This document shows positions 53,716 through 64,000 of a DNA stretch of 64,000 nt, piece by piece. The position numbers and the translations under genes are program-made. Every line of letters begins with the position of its first letter. Within the stretch, counting starts at the first letter, position 1. The stretch comes from Bugula neritina. Its lineage: Eukaryota > Animalia > Bryozoa. The stretch spans positions 26,287,504 through 26,351,503 of the forward strand of contig OZ037765.1 in assembly GCA_964035545.1 (NCBI GenBank), read 5' to 3'. The notes below the pieces were generated by a model. The model did no database searches, had not been told where the DNA came from, and saw only the letters and a program-made list of their open reading frames with translations.

Positions 53716-56700
53716 TAACAAAGAGAGCATAATAAATGATTAAATTGCAATATTTCTTTGTTACCTACTCCCCCTCCCCTCAAAAAACGCAAATAGACAC
53801 TATGGCTGTATAAATTTCTGAAAATCACTGCTAGGTGAATACTTCCCATGCATGAGTTAAAACTAATACGAAACACAACAAGTAAAACCTTGGCTTCTTG
53901 TTGATTATGGTTTAAAAACTGCCCTATTTATTGTCCATCAATAGATAATCCATTATTGTTACCTGAATAGCTTTCTGTGTGGGTTCTTAATGAGTATTAT
54001 TTTGTTATAAATTGAATGTTGAATAACTCACTATTACTAAAATACACTCAGAGTTTTGAATCACACAATTTGCAGGAATAAATACTGGAACCCTGCCATT
54101 ATTTGTTACAATGATCTCTTTTGTTTGTCATGTAAAGTTTGCATGCATTATATGAGAACATATCTTTGTGTCAGCTTTTGGAAGAAAATGGTGGTCAGAC
54201 AAAAGGCAGCCGTGTTGTTCTGTTAACTGATGGTGAAGAAACTATTAGTCCAAAAGTTGCAGAAGTGAAACCCGAACTTTTAGCAGCCGGAATCAATGTG
54301 GATACAGTTTTGCTGTCCAACAAAGCAGATCCAGTTCTAATTTCTTTAGCAGCAAGCACTGGTGGGTAGTTTTCTACTAGTTATTCATCATGAAATACTC
54401 AATTGAATACCTCTAAGGCATAAATGTTTTAAAGAAATATCTTTAATAGAAACCTCTAATATATGTTTTAATATCTATTCAGGTGGTCTGTCTTTCTTTG
54501 CATCTGGTGGAAATCTATCCACCAGTTTAGATGATGCTTTTACTACATCCGAGAGAGCCAGAATAAGTGATCCTAGAAAGATTCCAATCACTGTAAGTGT
54601 CTTGCTGTGACTTCTTGATTTGGATAATACAGCCATCTATTTCTTTAAATGTTTTTATAATGTCTAGATTCATCATGTTGGCTGCAAGTTAATATATGAT
54701 GATGCTTGATTTTAGTACATGCAAATTTATTTGAGACTTAATGTCCTAAATATTTTACAAGATCGAAAGTCGAGCAGTTGCCGTTGACATGAAGTCAGAA
54801 GAATGCTATGATGTGATAATCGACAAAAGTTTGGGTTTGCAAACGACATTTACATTTAGCTGGGTAATCGGCAGCCAACTAAATATAAGTCTCACTGAGA
54901 GTGATGGTAAAGTAAACACAGCTGTGCTGGAGAACGAGAATAAAGCAGCAGCATTTAGATGCTCTGGTGAATGCTCTGTAAGTTTCTACAAGGTGTTCAA
55001 TCATTTACATGTTATTTTAATGGCTCACTACAAATGTTCAAAATATGTTTCTATAACTTTCATAATGTTCAGTCAATCTAGTGCTCAAGCTGGGAGTACA
55101 ATTTCTTTAAAACCTCCCCTCATGACTAAATAAAGATTAAGCATGCCATATATTGCTATCAAAAATAATCTTTCCGGTCAATTTGATTTCAGCAAGTTTC
55201 AGTGAAGCTATAAAGGAATGCTTTAAAGTCTAAACATTGAATTAAAGTGAGATTTGGTATATTTTTTAAAAGAGTTTGAATATGCCTTCAAAGAAGGAAC
55301 TAGATGTCCTTAGCATGTTATTTATATAAATACAATCTGGTAATAGGCTTGGCATTGAAGCATTGACTTGGTCATTACTTCAATAAATATGCGTCTACAA
55401 TACTACTTTTTACAATGTCACCAAATGATCTAATTTAAGCTCTATGTAAAAGATATATAGCTAGAAATTATTTTGAATTTAAAAAAAACTTATCTAGATA
55501 TTATTGTGGTCAAGCCACTGAAAATAGTTTTGCCCAGAAACATTTTCCAAAATAATACAAGAAACAATAATCTATTAATCTAATTTTTTTTAGAAACCTT
55601 TCACAAATTAAACTTTTTGTAGCCTATTGGTAATATTATTTTTTTATAATTTTATTTAGTTTTTTATCCTTAAATGCAATATTGATAGACTGTATATAAT
55701 TATTTGCTATGCAAATATCTTTTGGAGGTAGGTGCAGTAATGGAGGAATTGAGAAAAGTTTGCGTGCTAGAGAAAAAATTTAGCAAAAGAAGAAATATTC
55801 TTGCAATAATTTCAACTCCTGACCCAATATAGATTTTATTAAGAAAATTAGAAATATTGGCTATTAGAATTTCTTTATTACTTCACATAAGTTTCAACTT
55901 TCTCAATAGCTAATTTGCATTAGCATTCCATAGCGTTATGTAATTATTAACGAGCTGTGAGATTTACTAATCAGGCTTTCATATTGCAACTACTTGATAC
56001 CATTGAACTATAATAATTATAGTTTCAGTTCAGTGCTTGATACGGTTTTAGTTTCCAACTGCTTTTGTGCGTTGGTACCTTTAGCTTCTATGCAAATCTT
56101 TAGTTAACTACAAATGTTGGAACTTTTATAGACAGGAAAATGGAAGGTCTGTATCCAAAATCCAACAAATAAGATAGTGGATGTAATATCCCAAGTTGAA
56201 TCAACGGCTAGAGTAGTCAATACACCAACCCAAGGCAGCTCTTCAAACGCTAATAGTGACGATGAAGACATGCTGCCAATTACAGTTAGAACCCTTATAG
56301 TCAATGAAGAACCTGATTTCGATACTCAAGGTAAAAAATGACAGTTAAAAAACACTTAGTTTTACTTTTGCCATATGTCAGTATATTGCTATAGCTTGAA
56401 TAGATTGGTTTTCAGAGAGAAAAGCTGATAATAAATGCAAAATTTTGCAAAATGGCATCTGTATCAGGATAGGAAAAATACGCGTACTGAAGTATAGTTT
56501 TTGTTGTGCTCAGTGACACAAAAATGCATGCTGTACTATTTTGTTATTTACTTAAATCTTTTCTTTTTTACCAATTGTACACCTGAAATAATAAATTGTA
56601 GCCACAGTAAAGTTATATTTTAAACCTTAATAGCTAATTGCTAGATTATGTGGGCAATAAATTATGCACCTCACAGCTGGTAAAAATAATATAAATGCTG

Positions 56701-58971
56701 AGAAAAATATTAATGAGCAAATGTTACTTAAACACACTGAAGGTAAAATGAGACAGAAAGAACATCATTGTCCATTGAATGTATGCAGAAATATTGAGGG
56801 CTATTTTGTCTATTTAATATAGATATATAGTTGTTCAATCAGAGCTGCAAAACCATTTGCTGCAGCACTTTACAAGCTTGAATTTAAATATTCAACACTA
56901 TGTTAATCAACAGAAAATTCTTCAGCAAATTTAATGGTTATGCTTCACTGTATTTAAACAAGTAAAACCAGTAAGTTAATGTATATCCGAGAAATCTGTT
57001 CAGTTAGTTAAGAAAATAGGGTAAATTTGGAAACGTTTTTTTCATGTCACCTCTCAAGCTTTATTATAAGTAAACTTTTACAAGCTGTTAAACTTATTCT
57101 AATTACTTTATTAATATTTTTCGTCATTATTGTATTTTAAACAGATGCACAGCCAGTGTCAGTGTTTGCTACTGTGAACCGTGGATACTCACCAGTGATT
57201 GGTGCCAAAGTAGTCGCTACTATAGAATATCCAGGTTCTTATTCCAAATCAGAACTTGAGATGAGAGATGATGGAGCAGGAGCTGATATTGTTAAAGGAG
57301 ATGGCACATACTCGGCTTACATCATGAACTCTCAGACTAAAGGGCGTCACACAATCTCTGTTAATGTGGTCAACACAAATGACACAAATGTTAAAAAGGT
57401 CACAGTTTACAGTTCAGCTGGAGCAATATCAGGTATTCTTCTTTAACAGCGCAGACTTTTCTATGCTTTTTGCTTGTCTATTTTTATTTCAAAGTAATGG
57501 CTGTTATAGTAAAAACCTTCTGACTGTAGAACCAGGGGAACCAGTCAACAGTCAAGCAGTAAAACTCATACCAACAGATGAATTCCAGAGGTTCTCCCTC
57601 GCTGGACTCATTGATTGATGTAAAGAGTGTGGCTCCACCAAATAAAGACTTTCATGCACCATCAAGAATTCTTGATTTGGAAGTGACAGAGGCATCTTAT
57701 AATGAAAGTAGAGTGACATTAGAGTGGACTGCAGTTGGTGATGATTTAGATAGTGGAACAGGTATGCACAGTTGTTTCTGCAAGTGCCTGTCAACTATTT
57801 TGCAAGCAGTTAAAGTCAAATATGGCTAAGTCCGCTTTTAACTTTTTAAAATTCTTCAGACAATTTTGCAAAACTTCAATACTAGTTGCATGTGTGTGCT
57901 TTCTTCCTGCATATAAGAAAGAAATACTACTTTTTTGCATTGTAGCTTCTTATTATGAGCTGTGGAAAGCTGACAGTCACAAAGTATTCTATAAAGCCAA
58001 AGAAAATGCCACACAAGTTGAGGATGCAGATATGATCAGTGGTAACTTGAGTTCTCCATCGCCTACACCAGAGAAAAACTGGTTCTGAATATACAGGATA
58101 GAGACGACATATCTGTGTATGCTATCATTGCTAAGGATGATGCAGGAAATGCAGGACAGTTATCCAACATTGTTTCTGTTAAACTCGTCTATGTACCCCC
58201 AACCACTCAGCCCCCAACCACTACGCCAACCACTACGCCCCCAACCACTCAACCCCCAACCACTCAACCCCCAACCACTCAACCCCCTACTGAACAAAAT
58301 TCATCCAATACTGGAGTAATTGTTGGTGCAGTGTTAGGATCAGTAGGAGCTGTCATAATTATTGTCACATTGATATATTGTGCTTGTAAAGGTGTTGGTT
58401 GTTTTAAATCAAGAGGTAAAAAGAGGTATCATGTATAATTTGGTTAATTCTTTAAAATGTGTCAATCAAACTGTGCAAATTTTTTCATATATAACTTTTC
58501 ATTTTTATACAATTATTCAATTTTCCAAGAAGCGACAATGGAATATTTTTAATGGTAATCTAAGAAAATAGTAATTTTATAATTTCTAACTCATGACAAT
58601 CTTGCAGCTATTAGTCCCAAAAGTAACAGTGTGAAGCTGAGGTGGTTGTTGGAGCTCATATGCAGTCAAGTGTTTTGTAGTTTTATTTAGTTACATAACG
58701 CATTGAAAGAGTTCATTCAACGAAAGCTTTTTGAAGCAGCCATATCAAAATAGTTAAACAATGTAAGAAAGTTTCAGCTACTTCTACTATAGCAGCACAA
58801 TAGCACTTTGCCTGCTAGGCATTTAAATAAAAGAATAACTGTTAAGTTTTTTTATTTGGTAACAATAAAAATAAATTAATCTTTAAACTTTTAAATTTGA
58901 TTTCTATTGTTTAAAAGCAATGAGAATAATTGGTTTTGTCTTTGTTGGTTATATTTTGTCAATGAGCTTTG

Positions 58972-59131
58972 ATATATATATATATATATATATATAAATA
59001 TGAATGAAAACCCACTTTCACTTTGGAAATTTTTACGGTACTAATATATACTTGATTATAAATCAAACTATTTATAGGAAGAATATTGTGGTAGGTAGAT
59101 CACTCAAAGTATATTCTTACAAAGCTCAACA

Positions 59132-59193
<62 letters not shown>
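58972..59193. repeat. Two (TA)n microsatellites (58972-58996 and 59135-59193)
   Basis: Direct inspection. Confidence 0.95.
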
Positions 59194-59197
<4 letters not shown>

Positions 59198-59946
59198 TCA
59201 ACCTGTGTACAGCAGCTGTTTTGGGATTTGTCCCCCTCATCAGCTCAGAATAGAACACCATGGGCTACACAATAACATCAAGCTGTCATAGCAGTCACTC
59301 TATATGAATTCTTAAGGAAATTGAACAAGCTTCAGCATATTAGCAGAAATATATATGTCAGCACAACATAACTAATTTTGGAAAATTATAATCTAGACAA
59401 AACATTTCATTATTTGTTATACTTGTTCAGTGTGTTACTTTGATTACTTTCTCTATTAACATTACAATATTTTATTATAAAACAGTATATATCTACAAAA
59501 TATACTGTTCATGCACTTGTAAATAGTTTGGTCATTTTCTTGACAACCTTGATCAAATTTTTGTCACTACCATAATCTTTGAACACATTACTGACTCTGC
59601 TTGAACACAATATTGCTTTTCTACTGGTAGTGATGTTTCATGCAGACATCGTGCAACAAACAGCACTACTGCAATTAAGAAAAAATGTTTTATTTGTAAT
59701 CAAACATCAGATATACTTCAAGCCGTAAGGTAACCTCCATATCCAATGCTTTCATTCTAATTTCAAAACAAGGATGCGCAAGTTAGAGCTACGCCAAATA
59801 TTTATCTACTTTGCATACCATCGGAATTTTTGTTTTACTCTAACCGCTATAAAAACATGATTTACTTTTTGTGCCAACAAATTCCTGCAGTAAGCAAGAT
59901 AAACCATTTGCTAAAAGCCTGGTAGATAACTGTAGGTAGCCATAGT

Positions 59947-60306
<360 letters not shown>

Positions 60307-60615
60307 AGTGTGTGTTTTCAGTTTTTCCTTAACCTTAAAAGTTACACATATACGCAAATTATTAACCTTATTAACCAACGTAAATGTACTATTTTATCAG
60401 ACAGTATCTACCCTGCAAAAAGCACCAGTTGTTATTTGATCTGACAACTTTACTTTCCAACTTATCACTAGAAAGGGATGAGAGAGTCATAGAGTAATAA
60501 AGGGTAATAATATTTGATCTACTGCTGCTGGTAGGTTTGTTATCTAACAGTATGCAGTGACAATTAGAGTCATTTGCTTTAGCAGAGCAGATTGGTATTT
60601 ACAGCCTGCTGTATA

Positions 60616-63600
60616 ATGAAGCTCATAATTATTAGTCTAGCACTTTTTCTTAGGCATTTTGTCTCAAGTCAGAAAGTACAGCTTGTCAACAATGGCTATG
60701 AAAATATTTTAGTGTCAATTTCAGACACCATTTCGTATGATCCTGATCTGGTGCCCAGACTTAAGGTAAGCAAGCTTTTTGCAGAATAATCACATGTCAG
60801 TTATCTTATTCTTAGATAAATATTAGCAAAACTTTTTATACCTGTTTATATATTTACTACTTTTATTATTTAAATCACTTTTCAGCAGTAAAGCACTAAA
60901 ATGCTATTGTATAAAGGTGTAGGTTTTTAAGCTCCCCTCTCTATTTTTTTCTGAAAGATAACTAAGAGACTATGACAATTCCATATATTTAATGCTACCA
61001 TAACTCACATAATTAAGGGTGGACGTTTTTACATTTATCAGTTTTGAGTTTTAAAGCTTTTGTTTGCTTTTAGAATGTGGTGCGTTATTTATTTTATTTT
61101 ATTCGTTACTTATTATAAACATGTCCTCATCCTACAAATAAATGATGAAACAAATTTTGAAGTTTGCACCTACCTCAGTTAACAGCAGTAAGCAAACCGT
61201 AGCTAACAGAAGTCTGATATATGACCACATGAGTAGTAGCCTATTTATTCCTTGTTCAGGAATAGTTTGGTCTTCTCCATTTCAAAAGACAATATGATAT
61301 ATTATTTCTCTGATGATTGTATTTCTCTAGTGCGTTTTGAAGAAAGAAAATAAATTGATTAGGTTTCAAGACAATTTTGTATAATAATATGGCAGGTGTA
61401 TAAAATGCAAAGAAGTTTACGGTGTGATATATACGTATTATGGGTTTCTAGCATGGAAATGCTATCAGCTCTAATATAATAGAGACTCCACATATAGATA
61501 CATGCAAAGACAATAAGCAAAATAAATACAACACATATACTGGGACACATAGATATATAGATATATAGAAATATAGCAAAACTTGTGTTATTAACAAAAC
61601 CTACTGTAGTAAGTACAAATATTTAATTTCTGTTAAACAAACTTCAGGTTTGCTTTTTATTTTGTAGGAGATCTTCAATGCAGGTTCTGCTACACTATTT
61701 CAAGCAACTGGATTCAGAGCTTACTTCAAGAATGTGACTATTCTCGTACCAACCAGCTGGAATGTTACTGGGGCAGAGGCAGCCACAACAGAGTCATTTG
61801 ATAAGGTCTGACAATATTATTATTTTTAATGCTGGTTTTATATGTATATGTTCCAACCTAAAAATATATGAACCGATAGGTTTTTAATGATTGTTATCAT
61901 ATAAACATATATGGCAATAGCTTATTTTGAAATATTAGTGTTTGAAAGTAAGTTTGCATTTGGAAAAATGGAATAAAAAGATTTTGAATATATCAATTTG
62001 TACCTTTATTCCTAAAACATTAGAAATTTAATAAACCTAATCACCAATAACCTTGAAAATATGAATTTAAAATTGAAGCTATTCAAATTTCTTATGATGT
62101 TTTGTGATCCAAGTACAAAGTTTACTGTTTTTATATTGCTTTCAAAAATCATTTTTTCAAGTATTACATTTACTCTTTTTATGGCCTATAGCAGTAATAT
62201 TTTCTTGGAGTGTAGGTATAACCTAAACTTGGTGTTTTATAAATGTAGCAGCATGTGAGCTTCTCTGCAACATATATAACACACACGCACACACACACAC
62301 ATATATATAATGCCAGATAATAACTGCTAAATTTTCAAGCTTGTAAACTGGTTTCATTCATCACCCTATATGCAAACCAACAAATGCCTAACGTTTTGAT
62401 ATATACAAGTAGTATGCCTATCTTATTTTTATACAGGCTAATATTAGAATTGACAACCCATCAAGTAACTATGGTGACAACCCTTGGGTTAGACAAACAG
62501 GTGGTTGTGGTGTGCCTGGAGACTTCATGCATCTCACTCCTCGGTTTATTCTAGATAAAGCTTATTCTACCAGAAAATGGGGCCTAACAGGTGAATATTG
62601 TGTTAAAACAATTAAGGTTCCTAAAATGAAACACATGTTTTTTACAATACAGTTACTGTTTCTATCAACATTTCAAGCCTAAATAATGTATTTGTTACAG
62701 AGAAAGTGTTGGTTCATGAGTGGGGACATCTAAGGTGGGGTCTATTTGATGAGTATCCAATCGGTGATGAGATTACAGAACACTTCTACCAATCACCAAC
62801 AGCCAACAAAATTGAACCATCTCGATGCAATATAAATGTGAAGGGTAGAATGCAACACCAAATGACAGGTGCTCCTTGCAATATGGATCCAGTGACATCA
62901 CTTCCTGAACCTGACTGCAGATACTACCCAGACAGAAGACAAACCAAAGCTTCATCTTCTTTTATGTATATACAGTTTCTTCCTTCGGTAAGTGCTAAGC
63001 AGTAAGCCTGTCTGAGAAACCAATGAACTAGGACTTCTTATAGTACAATGTGAGAAACATTGTAAATATAGAAGTGTAAATATATCTATTGAGTATGCAT
63101 TGGAGTTGTCAACTCTAAATTTTATAGGCTCAGTGCAGTGTAAGATTACCATGTAGAATATTTACAAAATATAACCTAAAAAGTGAAGCAGGTCTTTATC
63201 TTGATGAAAATCTAATAAATTATGTAGTTGGTTGGTTTTAGAAGCTGGAGTTGCAAAAACAATTATTTGAAAGTAAAATTCTTCTAACAATAATATATTA
63301 CAATATAGTATTATTATATATTATATAACAGGGATGGGCAAAAGATGGCGCATCAGGTCCTCCTACTGTTTTAATCAGGCCCTCAGCTAATCACTAATAA
63401 CTTCATTGGTTTCTTAAGCATTCACAGAAAGTGTGTACTAAGCAACATTGGTCAATCATAAACATGACTCATGAGAAGATTCTGGCCAATGTATAGTTGC
63501 TGAAACTAATAATGACGTTACGCTTCAGTGAGCATAAGTATAGCAATATTACAACTTGAGTTACGTGATGTTGCTGCAACAACTGTTAGCTTCTACATTT

Positions 63601-64000
63601 CACCAGTAACCAGTAAGAAGTATCCTACACTAGCTAAACTGGGACTAAAAGCACTGAGCATATTTGGTTATAATTATAAATTTGAATGCATGTTTTCTAG
63701 CATGAACCATAAAAAATAGTAATAGAACGCACTCACCAATGACCGTCTGCAAGATTTGCTTCGAGTAGCCACACATGAACCCATTACTAGCAGTGACATT
63801 AGTGCTATTATGGCTACTAAAAGTCTTTTTCGTACTTCTCACTATAATTATAGTACTATGAGTTTATCCAATCAAAGTTTTTGCTGTTTTCTTGCTTAGT
63901 GAACTATATACAACTTGTTGTTAAATTAATAAACTGTCATATGTTTTGTAATATACATCCACATTCTGCAATTTATACTTACAACCCAGGAAACATAAAA
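60616..64000 (+). CDS. CLCA-like protein copy 4, 5' part only (4 exons, presumably continues beyond the window)
   Basis: ATG at 60616. Exons ~60616-60765, 61669-61805, 62438-62591 and 62701-62988, with HEWGHLRWGLFDEYP. Near-identical to copy 3. Confidence 0.88.
63329..63800 (+). mobile_element. Decayed, internally deleted hAT (Charlie/Buster/SPIN-like) DNA transposon
   Basis: Starts with TIR-like CAGGGATGGGCAA..GTTTTAATCAGGCCC. Translation KYPTLAKLGLKALSIFGYNYKFECMFSSMN..K followed, after frameshifts, by LTNDRLQDLLRVAT matches the hAT C-terminal dimerisation motif pattern. Confidence 0.75.

Larger units (their letters stand above)
47857..58438 (+). pseudogene. CLCA-like copy 3 with two frameshifts in the last two exons (pseudogene, truncated secreted form, or assembly error)
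   Basis: Full exon series is present. Relative to copies 1 and 2 there is a 4-nt duplication TTGA giving TGA at 57616-57618, and a 4-nt deletion (TCCA) between 58060 and 58061. Upstream exons are open. Confidence 0.8.

Noticed and set aside
57611-58061. Compensatory frameshift pair restoring full-length CLCA copy 3
   Set aside because: The shifted frame hits TGA at 57616 and a TAA shortly after, so no read-through product is possible without recoding.

Overview
AT-rich, intron-rich animal (invertebrate-type) genomic DNA; the species cannot be determined from the sequence. From left to right: (1) a complete condensin I kleisin gene (NCAPH/Barren) on the minus strand, CDS 11731->33; (2) a shared head-to-head promoter region around 13.1-13.4 kb, flanked on both sides by an unusual degenerate 6-nt-periodic sequence; (3) a complete SNX13 gene (TM-PXA-RGS-PX-Nexin_C) on the plus strand, 14492-27684; (4) inside the first coding intron of SNX13, on the same strand, an intact 268-aa single-exon ORF (signal peptide, Cys-rich region with a C2H2 motif, TM helix) with its own splice acceptor in frame with the first SNX13 coding exon and its own poly(A) signal - the most interesting observation, suggesting one promoter and first exon yield two unrelated membrane proteins; (5) a tandem array of at least four CLCA-like (HEWGH metalloprotease + vWA) genes from 29.2 kb to the window end, with mosaic near-identity, very different mucin stalks, and a doubly frameshifted third copy. 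Also present: candidate 15-nt microexons, satellite-filled introns, tRNA-derived SINE remnants, microsatellites and a decayed hAT transposon. Exon boundaries were read manually from GT-AG sites and reading frame. Homology calls come from my recall of family motifs, not from database searches.
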